A stretch of DNA of 64,000 nt from Patescibacteria group bacterium. GTDB lineage: Bacteria; Patescibacteriota; Patescibacteriia; UBA10025; JBIOWE01. Location of the stretch: positions 14,558 through 78,557 of the forward strand of contig JBIOWE010000006.1 in NCBI GenBank assembly GCA_044868145.1, written 5' to 3'. The notes below the pieces were generated by a model. It saw nothing but the letters and a program-made list of their open reading frames with translations. It did not search any database and was not told the DNA's origin. Each line of letters begins with the position of its first letter. The stretch's first letter is position 1. This document shows, in pieces, positions 45,297-54,068 of the stretch. The position numbers and the translations under genes were made by a program.

Positions 45297-46847
45297 ATGA
45301 CATACAAAAAAGAAATATACGAAGATTTGATTAATAGTCTTGATATTGGATCCTCAGTTGCAGAACAAGATCGGTTTCTTGAGATAGCCAAAGTTGATAC
45401 ACCCGTATTAAATGATCTAATCGCTGATAGGGTGGACTTAATCTTAGGCATGAAGGGTTCTGGTAAGACAAGCCTATTTCGGCTAGTCATTGCGGCTGCG
45501 GAGCAACTAGAAAAGTACAAAATACTAATTGCTTCCGGGGTCGAGCCGACAGGTAATGCTGTCTTTGCGCAATTCAAAGAGGAGTTCGACAAGTTTTCCG
45601 AAGAGGACTTCGATAATTTTTGGATGATATATATTATTAATCTTGTTTATAATACCTTTATTGCTAAGCCAGAATATCAGCATGAGCTTAAAAAAGTCAG
45701 TAAAGAACGCAGCGATTTTATTAATGAGTCTATTGCTATTGGAGTTCCACAGGTTTCAGGAGTTACCGATTTTAGGAGCTTGGTGAATCGAAGCCTAGAA
45801 GCACTTAGAAACCTCCCCAACGTAAAAAAAATCTCTGCAAGTATGAAGTATGACGCGAAACAGCCAGGACTATTTGAGCCGAAGATTGAAGCAGAACTTG
45901 TTCCTAAACAATCCGGAAAAAAATTACCGATCTACACTACAAAACTCGCCGTGATCCTAAACGGCATTCTGGAAAAAACAGGTTATAAGATATGGATTCT
46001 ACTTGATCGTCTCGATATCGTTTTTGAACATGGGAGCGCGCTCGAGTTTAAGGCACTTAGAGGACTTTTGAAGGCTTATGAAGGTTTTCAGGCTAGCGAT
46101 TCAGCAAATAACAAATTGAGAATAAAGATTTTTCTTCGCTATGACCTTTTTGATTTTTTTACTAGCCCGGAAACATATAAGAGAATTTATAAACACCGCG
46201 GACCACATCTTAGTGCTCTAACTCATATTACGGCACGCGCAACAAAAGATCCCCTACATTGGAATAGAGAGCAAATACAATTATTGATGCTAAAAAGATT
46301 GTTTTTATCAGCTAGTTTAAGAAGCTATTTTAATGTATCTATAAGTGATCTTGAGAAGGAAGAGGTTAGGAATCGGATTTGGGAAATACTTTTTGGAGGT
46401 CAAGTAGATGCCGGCTCAAAAAAACCAGACTCAATGTCGTGGATATATACACGCCTTAGAGATGCAACTCTGTATGTAACGCCTCGTGCGGCTATGGATT
46501 TCCTCGATGGAATGATCTCGGCTCAAAAGAAATCTTTCTTACTTAATAAAGTAGACCAAGAGCACTTTTTTTCATCTACAGCCATCAAAAATGGAATTAT
46601 TGTTTCTTCGAGTCAAAAATATCGGGATGAAACAAAAAATGAGTATCCGGGTATTGTAAAATACATTGAAAAGCTGAGAGAAAAAAAAGCCAGAATCCCT
46701 CTTGCAGATATACAAAAACTGTTGGGTGGTGATTATGAATCTGTTCTTTTGGAATTAACGAAAATAGGTCTAGCGAGTCGTTCTAATGGGGATATTGTTA
46801 TCGCGAATATTTTTCGTCCAGCTCTTAACATTCGTCCACAACTATAA
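45297..46847 (+). CDS. P-loop NTPase (Walker A/B) of unknown family
   Basis: Walker A LILGMKGSGKTSL; Walker B KIWILLDRLDIVFE. The long C-terminal helical region is unassigned. Confidence 0.6.
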   Translation: MTYKKEIYEDLINSLDIGSSVAEQDRFLEIAKVDTPVLNDLIADRVDLILGMKGSGKTSLFRLVIAAAEQLEKYKILIASGVEPTGNAVFAQFKEEFDKFSEEDFDNFWMIYIINLVYNTFIAKPEYQHELKKVSKERSDFINESIAIGVPQVSGVTDFRSLVNRSLEALRNLPNVKKISASMKYDAKQPGLFEPKIEAELVPKQSGKKLPIYTTKLAVILNGILEKTGYKIWILLDRLDIVFEHGSALEFKALRGLLKAYEGFQASDSANNKLRIKIFLRYDLFDFFTSPETYKRIYKHRGPHLSALTHITARATKDPLHWNREQIQLLMLKRLFLSASLRSYFNVSISDLEKEEVRNRIWEILFGGQVDAGSKKPDSMSWIYTRLRDATLYVTPRAAMDFLDGMISAQKKSFLLNKVDQEHFFSSTAIKNGIIVSSSQKYRDETKNEYPGIVKYIEKLREKKARIPLADIQKLLGGDYESVLLELTKIGLASRSNGDIVIANIFRPALNIRPQL

Positions 46848-46988
46848 GTGTCATTTTTACAATACTGCCTACAAAAGTATCATTAACATTCGGTTTTCTT
46901 GATTGTTTAGTCAAAAGATTCGCTCACCAAGCGTGGGGACAGCACGCCTCCGAAAAGCGGCTAACAAAAAACCCTAATTTGAGAAAAT

Positions 46989-47438
46989 ATGAACGAGAAA
47001 AATTGCAAGAATTTATTTCGGCAATACCGGGAACTACGAGAAAGGACTACAATGCGAGCCCAACGCATAGACTCCACGAGAGAGGTGAAAGCTCAATACA
47101 TAGATTTTAAGGCTCAAGAAGAATTAGAGAGTGTTAGAAAACAGTTAGAGGATTGTTTATTATTTTTTTCAGAAGAACAGCTTATCCATATCTCTAAAGA
47201 CGATGATTTGCAGGAAAAAGCGTTTGAGACATTGAGTAAGAAAAGAGGGTTTGGTGACACCAAAAATTATTCGACGAACGATTTAGGGCAAAAATGTGAA
47301 GAATGTGGTGAACCGCTAAAGCCATCTCAATTCGCAAGAATTAAGAGAGATGGTCAGGCGAGTGAACAGGTCGATAACGGTTTAGTTTGTAGGAATTATC
47401 CTGCATGCCCGAAAGCTGAAAAGGAAATAGAAAAATAA
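46989..47438 (+). CDS. Hypothetical protein with C-terminal zinc ribbon
   Basis: CEECGEP...CRNYPACP. Confidence 0.3.
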   Translation: MNEKNCKNLFRQYRELRERTTMRAQRIDSTREVKAQYIDFKAQEELESVRKQLEDCLLFFSEEQLIHISKDDDLQEKAFETLSKKRGFGDTKNYSTNDLGQKCEECGEPLKPSQFARIKRDGQASEQVDNGLVCRNYPACPKAEKEIEK

Positions 47439-47553
47439 CCTCGTGCGCTCCAGCAAAATCAAACTTAAATCTAAAGTCTTAGCTATATCCCGGTATGAAG
47501 CAGGGCATGTAGGGGGGGCTTTGCCTTTTGGTAAATAAAGAAAACCTACAATT

Positions 47554-47799
47554 GTGTACTATCTCTACATTTTAAAATGTGCTGATGGGACACTGTATAC
47601 GGGTATTGCGGTCGATTTGGTAAGAAGAGTGCATGACCATAATCATTCAGAACTCGGGGCGAAGTATACGAAGGGGAGGCGGCCGGTCAAGCTGATTTAC
47701 TCGAAAAAGTTTCGCAATCGCTCGGCCGCTTCCAAGGTGGAAGCACGCGTCAAAAAACTGTCGCACAAGGAAAAGCTGAAGATGGTGAGGCAGAGGTGA
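47554..47799 (+). CDS. GIY-YIG nuclease family small protein
   Basis: MYYLYILKCADGTLYTGIAVDLVRRVHDHN. GTG start. Confidence 0.7.
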   Translation: MYYLYILKCADGTLYTGIAVDLVRRVHDHNHSELGAKYTKGRRPVKLIYSKKFRNRSAASKVEARVKKLSHKEKLKMVRQR

Positions 47800-47804
47800 A
47801 GCGT

Positions 47805-47872
47805 TTGACATTGTGAGAACGCAAGCGTACAATGGTAAATAGTAAGCCTTCCCCAAAAGAACGGCTTTTTTG
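47805..47872 (+). promoter_or_regulatory. Family F element: conserved promoter plus hairpin/T-tract (copy 3)
   Basis: TTGACA-N18-TACAAT, then TAAGCCTTCCCC...GGCTTTTTT. It aligns with copies at 56052 and 58184. Confidence 0.45.
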
Positions 47873-48050
47873 TTGAAATAAAACCTAACACCCGTGAACC
47901 CATGAAAAATCTACTTTTCCCGCAGAATGCCATGTGGATAAAGACTCGCTTGACAAATCTGCTGGCGTTGCTATACTTTGGCGTAGTTAATCCCACTGTC
48001 TTCTCCCCGCCTATGGCGGGGGGACGGCAGTTTTTCAAACCTTCAAAAAT

Positions 48051-48611
48051 ATGAAAAGAGCATTTGTTTTTATTGATGGTAGTAATTTCTACTTCAGATT
48101 AAAAGATTTAACGTCTAAGCTTAGTGGTAGATTCAGTCTACTCGACTATCATTTTAGAGAATTTTCTGAATGGCTGGTAAGGCCCAACAAACTAGAAGAA
48201 ATTCATTATTATGTTGGCGCCATTAAGAGGAAAGCAGATAATGAAAAAGTTGAAAAGATGTACGCCGATCAACAGCGACTTATAGCTAAACTAGAGCAAC
48301 AGAATGTTTTTGTTACATTGGGGCAATTGATTAGACATCCTGACAAAACGTACCATGAGAAGGGCGTTGATGTGCGCTTAGCAGTCGAAATGATTCGATT
48401 TGCCAGAGAGAATAAATATGATTGTGGCTATCTCCTCAGTTCTGATACCGATTTAGTGCCTGCCATTGAGGAAGTTAAATCTTTTGGCAAGACCGTCCAA
48501 TACGTTGGCACGGCTAAGGGTCAGTCATTCGGGATCTCTAAGGTAGCAAACGACGTTAGATTACTCAGAGCAGAAGAGATAGAAAAGTTTTTACCCAAAT
48601 CTCTTGTATAG
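48051..48611 (+). CDS. NYN domain (LabA/DUF88, PIN-like) protein
   Basis: FIDGSNF...EKGVDVRLAVEM...DCGYLLSSDTDLVPAIEEV are NYN acidic motifs. Confidence 0.7.
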   Translation: MKRAFVFIDGSNFYFRLKDLTSKLSGRFSLLDYHFREFSEWLVRPNKLEEIHYYVGAIKRKADNEKVEKMYADQQRLIAKLEQQNVFVTLGQLIRHPDKTYHEKGVDVRLAVEMIRFARENKYDCGYLLSSDTDLVPAIEEVKSFGKTVQYVGTAKGQSFGISKVANDVRLLRAEEIEKFLPKSLV

Positions 48612-48991
48612 TAAACTACCTGTGAGTTTTTCTTTTTCTCAAAAGAATTTTTGGTAAAAATGAAGAAGCCCCGCTTCGGGACGGAACCAAGGTGGCAGTT
48701 TTTATTGTGCCGTCTGACACCATCTGGCCCTGGCTTTCGTCGGGGCACGTTTTTGCTATACTGGAGCCGTGACCCCACCCCAAAACTCCTCCTGACCCTC
48801 GGCATCGTCTTCTACGCGGTCGCGACGCTACTATCCTTCGCGTCTCGCCGCCCCTCCCTCAAACTAATTGACCAAAGAGAGATTTTCACGAACATATCAT
48901 CTATGCGAAAAATTATTACCACACCCCCACACCAGGGTCTGGTGTGGGGGACAACTTTCATCACCTTAGACTATACGAAAGGAAAATTACT

Positions 48992-49489
48992 ATGAACGAC
49001 ATCACCCCCAACCTCTGGTACGACTCGCAAGCCAAAGAAGCGGCCGAGTTTTACGTCAAAGTTTTTCAAGGCGCGCCTGGTGCTGATCCAATGAAGTCGA
49101 AAGTGAAGACCGTTACGCACTACCCGAAGTCAACAGAAAAAGTTTCCGGTAAACCGGCTGGCAGCGTCTTGACCGTCTCGTTTGAACTGAATGGTCAGGA
49201 ATTTTTGGCTCTCAACGCCGGCCCAGCGTTCAAGTTTAACGAGGCCGTTTCGTTCATCATCAACTGCGACGATCAGGAGCAGATTGACTATTACTGGTCG
49301 GAGCTCTCGGCCGTACCCGAATCAGAAATCTGCGGCTGGTGCAAAGATAAGTTCGGGGTGTCGTGGCAAGTGGCTCCCAAAGGGTTTGATGAAGCCGCAA
49401 AAGACCCGGTCAGGTTCGAAAAATACATGGCCGCCATTATAACGATGAAGAAGATTATCATCAAGGATCTTGAGGCGACGAAAGGCTAA
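48992..49489 (+). CDS. VOC-superfamily protein, PhnB/3-demethylubiquinone-9 3-methyltransferase-like domain
   Basis: ITPNLWYD...AEFYVKVF...ELNGQEF..LN...FKFNEAVSF...CDDQEQIDYYW pattern. Confidence 0.55.
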   Translation: MNDITPNLWYDSQAKEAAEFYVKVFQGAPGADPMKSKVKTVTHYPKSTEKVSGKPAGSVLTVSFELNGQEFLALNAGPAFKFNEAVSFIINCDDQEQIDYYWSELSAVPESEICGWCKDKFGVSWQVAPKGFDEAAKDPVRFEKYMAAIITMKKIIIKDLEATKG

Positions 49490-49495
49490 TCCACC

Positions 49496-50395
49496 ATGCG
49501 CAACATTATCACCACCACCTTCCTCACCCTCGACGGCGTCTACCAAGCCCCCGGTGGTCCCGATGAAGACAAGTCGGGCGGCTTTCAGTACGGCGGCTGG
49601 CAATTTGGTAAGTTTCAAGACGAATTAACGGGAAAAATTTTAAGTGGCTGGTTCGCTGCGCCGTTTGAACTTCTCCTCGGCCGAATCACGTATGACATCT
49701 TTGCTGCTTTTTGGCCAACCGCGAAAACTGATCCTGAAGTCGCTGTGCCGTTTAACGCCACAAAGAAATATGTTGTTTCACATGACCTGGGCTTCAAAGC
49801 GGCTTGGAACAACTCCGTTGTTGTGTCCGGAGATGTGGTCACGGAAATCAAAAAGCTGAAAGCGATGGACGGCCCGGATCTGTGGGTGTGGGGGAGTGGC
49901 AACCTGATCCAGACGCTCTTGAAAGCCAACCTGATTGATCGGATGCACATCTGGACACACCCGGTCACGATTGGATCAGGCAAGCGATTGTTTGCCGACC
50001 TGCCTGCGCCGCGGCCGAATATTTTTTACGTATATGTAATACTTTGCGATGACGATTCAATGTATATCGGCCAAACCGAAGATATTCCAAAACGTTGGTT
50101 TGAACATAACGTGGGAAGGGCTGCTGAACACACAAAACGACACAAACCACTTGAAATCATTCACTATGAAGAGTTTATTTCTCGAGAAGCTGCGGTAAAG
50201 CGCGAGCAAGATTTAAAGACAGGGTTTGGCCGAAAATGGCTAAAACACGAGTGGCAAGCCGGCCGGACGCGGCAGGCTGGTGGCACACAACCCGCGTTAT
50301 GGAAACTCGTGGACTCAAAAGTTTCTACCACCGGGGTCATTATTACCACCTACGAATTCAACGGGCCGCTGAAACCGGGGGCGGTGCCGACCTAA
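49496..50395 (+). CDS. RibD_C/dihydrofolate-reductase-like (YwjB family) protein carrying an in-frame GIY-YIG module insertion
   Basis: N-terminal part LTLDGVYQ...LLGRITYDIFAAFWPT...VWGSGNLIQTLLKANLIDRMHIWTHPVTIGSGKRLF, then FYVYVILCDDDSMYIGQTEDIPKRWFEHN (GIY-YIG). The DHFR-like C-terminus resumes at PALWKLVDSKVSTTGVIITTYEF. Confidence 0.6.
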   Translation: MRNIITTTFLTLDGVYQAPGGPDEDKSGGFQYGGWQFGKFQDELTGKILSGWFAAPFELLLGRITYDIFAAFWPTAKTDPEVAVPFNATKKYVVSHDLGFKAAWNNSVVVSGDVVTEIKKLKAMDGPDLWVWGSGNLIQTLLKANLIDRMHIWTHPVTIGSGKRLFADLPAPRPNIFYVYVILCDDDSMYIGQTEDIPKRWFEHNVGRAAEHTKRHKPLEIIHYEEFISREAAVKREQDLKTGFGRKWLKHEWQAGRTRQAGGTQPALWKLVDSKVSTTGVIITTYEFNGPLKPGAVPT

Positions 50396-50530
50396 ATGGT
50401 ATCGAGTGAAACGAAGCTGAAAGCTCCTCACCCCCAATAGCCGCCTTCATCATCTTCGATCCCCGCATCATCAGCGTCACGATAATCAAAAACCGCCTTT
50501 CAGCGGTTTTTGTACTCCTTAAGAGATAGC

Positions 50531-50929
50531 CTACTTCTTCTTTGCTTGCAGAATACTGACGCGGTTGCCTTCGGGATCAGTGAATACTGCCCACAGGCCA
50601 ATTTGCGGAATTTCTTCCGGCTGGCTGACCACGCTTCCGCCCGCATCCGTGACCGCTTTCATGGCTGCCTGGATATCGTCGACGGAAATAACCACTGATG
50701 GCATGGGCGAGACATGTTGTGCCTTTTTGTCATAGAAGCCGCCGTTGATGGTACCGGGCGTTTTGACCATACGATTTTCGTCGGTTTCGGCGGTATGGGC
50801 AGTGACATAGCCACCGTACTCCGGCCCGGTTTTGTCCATTTTCCAACCAAAGGCTTTTTTGTAAAAGGCCGCGACGCGATCTGCGTTTTCGTAGGGCATT
50901 TCGAAATGCACGACAGGGTTGTATTTCAT
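50531..50929 (-). CDS. VOC family protein (glyoxalase/bleomycin-resistance fold)
   Basis: HFEMPYENADRVAAFYKKAFGW... plus a C-terminal paired beta-alpha-beta-beta-beta module. Confidence 0.7.
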   Translation of the reverse strand: MKYNPVVHFEMPYENADRVAAFYKKAFGWKMDKTGPEYGGYVTAHTAETDENRMVKTPGTINGGFYDKKAQHVSPMPSVVISVDDIQAAMKAVTDAGGSVVSQPEEIPQIGLWAVFTDPEGNRVSILQAKKK

Positions 50930-51114
50930 AACGTTGAGCCGGTCAATAATAAGGCTGACCTCATGAGTCTAACACGTTATGGGGATGGCGTGAATCTCGT
51001 TATAGCCGGTTTATGAGCTGCAAACATACTCTATCACAATATTTGACGTCCTCGCCTTCCTCGGGTACATTGAAGACAACAAGCCCTCCCCAAAGAACTG
51101 GGGATTTTTTATTA

Positions 51115-51256
51115 TGATAGCCATTACCGCCCCTCTAGAGCCGTATGCACTTGTACCATGTACGCAAATTATCCCCTCCTTACCAAGGAGGGGATGAGCA
51201 TACGACGTTGCTCGGTTTGATGAGTTGGCCGACGGGGAGGTGATGGGCAGTCCAGC
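51115..51256. repeat. Structured repeat, family A/B/C (copy B)
   Basis: ATAGCCATTACCGCCCCTCTAGAGCCGTATGCAC...ATCCCCTCCTTACCAAGGAGGGGATGAGCATACGACG...GAGTTGGCCGACGGGGAGGTGATGGGCAGTCCA. About 90% identical to copy C over the core. Confidence 0.6.
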
Positions 51257-51294
51257 ATCGTATGACCATTCTATTTAATAAAAGACCGTTATGA

Positions 51295-51615
51295 TCCAGA
51301 CGAAAACTGTTAAGACGGAATGCACCAAAAGCCGAGATTATCCTTTGGCAATGCTTGAAGAATCAACAGCTGGGTCATAAATTCCGCCGTCAGTACAGTA
51401 TCGGCGGATATGTTGTTGATTTTTATTGCCCACAGAAGAGATTTGTCATTGAAGTTGACGGGCCAACACATTTTTCTCGGGGCGTACGGGACTATGATGC
51501 AACTCGCCAGCTATTCTTTGAATCGCTTGGCATGAGGGTCTTACGCGTGACGAACGACGATGTGTATGAGAACGTTCGGGGTGTCGTGGAAGCTATTCTA
51601 CGTTTATTGAAGTAA
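51295..51615 (+). CDS. DUF559/Vsr-like endonuclease-domain small protein (non-ATG start or 5'-truncated)
   Basis: RKLLRRNAPKAEIILWQCLKNQQLGHKFRRQYSIGGYVVDFYC...VIEVDG matches the DUF559 N-terminal motif. The ORF track starts at TTG 51355, but the frame is open from 51295 with no ATG. Confidence 0.6.
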   Translation, partial: SRRKLLRRNAPKAEIILWQCLKNQQLGHKFRRQYSIGGYVVDFYCPQKRFVIEVDGPTHFSRGVRDYDATRQLFFESLGMRVLRVTNDDVYENVRGVVEAILRLLK

Positions 51616-51710
51616 ATCGTTTTTACAATTTGGTATTGACGCGAAGATGATCGTATGCTACCGTAAGGTATTCAATAAACGTTCCTTTCAAACTACAAGG
51701 AGGGATTATC

Positions 51711-51923
51711 ATGAAACAATTCATTGTTATTGAAGCAACCGCACTCAATAATCATAAGAGGCGGGCGCTTACAGGATTCACCTATAATGAAACGGCATTG
51801 CGCGAGTTGGCAAATAACTGGTGGAACACGCCTCTCGACGCTTCGTTCAAAGATATTGCTACGGTAGCGCACAAATCAGGGTTTATGGTGTTCCAGTATG
51901 TACCGCCCAAGAAAAAAGTTTAG
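51711..51923 (+). CDS. Hypothetical small protein
   Basis: 70-aa ORF with a GGAGG RBS. Confidence 0.25.
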   Translation: MKQFIVIEATALNNHKRRALTGFTYNETALRELANNWWNTPLDASFKDIATVAHKSGFMVFQYVPPKKKV

Positions 51924-51989
51924 TCACAAGACTCATTGAAAGTCTCAATGAGTCTTTTTTTTCCTTAAAAAAAAGAGTACAATGAACGT

Positions 51990-53225
51990 ATGATGAAAAA
52001 AATTGTGATCATTGTCAGTATCGTCGTCGTGGCAGGTGGCGCGGTGTATCTTGCGCTCACCAATAACGATTCTCCGATTGTCCAATCCCTCCAAAACGCC
52101 GTTCAGAATAATCAGAACGACAACCAGCAAGATCTCAACAAAGTTTTTAGCCAAGGCAAATGCCAGGGCCAGGACCGCGTGACCTTCACCAGCCCGATGG
52201 TTCGGCCGGAAGATACGGCCTACATTATCCCGCTCGGCCTGATGGTGAAGGGCCATGTGACGCCCATTGACCACCAGTATTATTATCCTAGGAACATGAA
52301 TGCCGGGACAGAGTATCCGGTGTACGCGCCAGCGGACGGCGTGATTGTGGCCGTCGGGCGACACAACCAGCAAGTCGAAAAGCACCTCCAGCAGTTTCAC
52401 TACGATCAGGTCGATGTGGCGATTGAACACTCCTGCCGTAGCTATTCGTTTCTCGGCCTGATGAGCACGCTCGAACCGAGCATCGTGCAGGCGGCCGGCG
52501 GGCTGGAAGAAAATTCAGGAAAAAATGTACGCATCCCGGTCAAGGCCGGTCAAGTCGTCGGCACGGTCGGCGGACACTCACTCGATGTAACGGTCTACGA
52601 TCAGGAGCACACCTTATCCGGCTTCCTCCGGCCGGAGTCCTATCAGACACAAGCCGGCAAGCTCCATATCGTCAATATGTTCGACTACTACGCTGAACCG
52701 GTCAAAAGCCAACTCCTGGCTTTGAACCCCCGCACCATCGAGCCGCGCGGCGGGAAAATCGACTACGACGTTGATGGCAAACTTATCGGCACCTGGTTTA
52801 TCCAAGGCACGAATGGCTACGATGGGGCACAGCGAGATGCATATTGGAGGGGGCATTTGAGTTTTGCGCCGAACGTCCTGGACCCGACGTTCATGATGAT
52901 TTCGATTGGCACATTCAATGGCGAAACGGACGGGTATCAGTTTGGAATCAAGGGCAACGGCCCTGATCCGGCGACAGTCAACATGAGCAGCGGCCTGGTA
53001 AAGTATGAACTGGTTAATCTACAGATTGTCGATGCGAATGGTCAAGGGTTTGGTGGCCCGACAAGCTCCGCCACGGCTATCCACGGGCAACTGCGGAGCG
53101 AGGTCGAAGGCGTGATGCTCGTACAACTGCTCGGAGACCGGCTGCTGAAAGTCGAAACGTTTCCAAGGAAAACCGCGGCCGAGGTTTTTGATTTTACGGC
53201 CAATGCGCAATTATACGAACGCTAA
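51990..53225 (+). CDS. Membrane-anchored protein, paralog family member 1: degenerate LytM/M23-like domain plus conserved C-terminal domain
   Basis: N-terminal TM helix and a Q/N-rich linker. GHVTPIDHQYY...VYAPADGVIVAV...VAIEHS...VKAGQVVGTVGGHSLDVTVYD follows the M23 motif order (HxxxD...GQvIGxvG) but lacks HxH. The C-terminal block is IDYDVDGKLIGTWF...GHLSFAP..DPTF.ISIG...GPDPA...SGLVKY. Confidence 0.5.
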   Translation: MMKKIVIIVSIVVVAGGAVYLALTNNDSPIVQSLQNAVQNNQNDNQQDLNKVFSQGKCQGQDRVTFTSPMVRPEDTAYIIPLGLMVKGHVTPIDHQYYYPRNMNAGTEYPVYAPADGVIVAVGRHNQQVEKHLQQFHYDQVDVAIEHSCRSYSFLGLMSTLEPSIVQAAGGLEENSGKNVRIPVKAGQVVGTVGGHSLDVTVYDQEHTLSGFLRPESYQTQAGKLHIVNMFDYYAEPVKSQLLALNPRTIEPRGGKIDYDVDGKLIGTWFIQGTNGYDGAQRDAYWRGHLSFAPNVLDPTFMMISIGTFNGETDGYQFGIKGNGPDPATVNMSSGLVKYELVNLQIVDANGQGFGGPTSSATAIHGQLRSEVEGVMLVQLLGDRLLKVETFPRKTAAEVFDFTANAQLYER

Positions 53226-53227
53226 GC

Positions 53228-54052
53228 ATGGAATTTTTCAAAAAACATTGGTGGAAATTCGCAGCTGGGCTGTTGATCATCCTCGTCGTCGGGATTTTTG
53301 GTTTGGGACAAGTCAAAAGATACCCAAGCAGTGAAAATATACAAACTCGCTCTACATCAACGGCGCCTAGTCCAAACGCTCCCTACATTACGGCTAATCC
53401 AATTGACCTAAGCCAGATAGAAAAAATTTCAAAATTTCGCAGTTGCGCTGGTCATGATAACTCGGGTCATAATTTCTTTGGAGAAGTCGAGACTGACCGC
53501 TCAATGAAACATTACGTTAAGCCGCTCGCGGCTTTCGATGACGACAAAGCTAGAATCCACTCCCCGTTTGACGGCACCGTGTATTCTGCCGACGGACCGC
53601 ATCCAGAGCTCGGACCCGGCCAGGCCAGAGGCGGATCGCTTGAGCTTATGAGTTCCATGGAGCCACACGCCGTTGTTCTGTTGGGCCATATTACTGCCCT
53701 TGCCGGCTTGAAGAAAGGAGACACCGTGCAATCGGGCCAGCTGCTTGGCTACGCGACTACGAGCGGCGGCAGCGACTTTGATTTGGTACTTCGCGCTATC
53801 AACCAGCCTGGCGCTCAGTCTACTTTCGGCGACACCTTTGATTCGGTGTTCAACCATATGACGCCCCAAGTCTTAGCCGAATATGCCAAGTTTGGCTTGA
53901 CCAAAGACGCCATGTTTTTCAGCAAAGAATTTCGCGATCAACATCCATGTCTGTTTGGAACTGTGGCCGCCGAACCGAACGAGCGCAGCGGCCCACAACC
54001 TGACATCCAAACTTCTCCAGACAATTGGGTCTTTCTTAAGACTCGCACGTAA
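53228..54052 (+). CDS. Membrane-anchored protein, short paralog (degenerate LytM/M23-like domain only)
   Basis: TM helix, then CAGHDNSGHNF...SPFDGTVYSADG...VVLLGHITAL...KKGDTVQSGQLLGYATTSGGSDFDLVL. Confidence 0.45.
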   Translation: MEFFKKHWWKFAAGLLIILVVGIFGLGQVKRYPSSENIQTRSTSTAPSPNAPYITANPIDLSQIEKISKFRSCAGHDNSGHNFFGEVETDRSMKHYVKPLAAFDDDKARIHSPFDGTVYSADGPHPELGPGQARGGSLELMSSMEPHAVVLLGHITALAGLKKGDTVQSGQLLGYATTSGGSDFDLVLRAINQPGAQSTFGDTFDSVFNHMTPQVLAEYAKFGLTKDAMFFSKEFRDQHPCLFGTVAAEPNERSGPQPDIQTSPDNWVFLKTRT

Positions 54053-54068
54053 TGTACAATAATGATGT

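Noticed and set aside
5534-47939. Two perfect DnaA boxes as evidence of oriC
   Set aside because: Two 9-mers in 64 kb (both strands) is near chance expectation. There is no dnaA/dnaN, no AT-rich DUE and no box cluster. They are mentioned only in connection with the ParB-DnaA-IV protein.
47940-48030. Possible tRNA near GGCGTAGTTAATCCCAC
   Set aside because: I could not build acceptor and T-stems with proper complementarity. It is more likely a GC hairpin or terminator.
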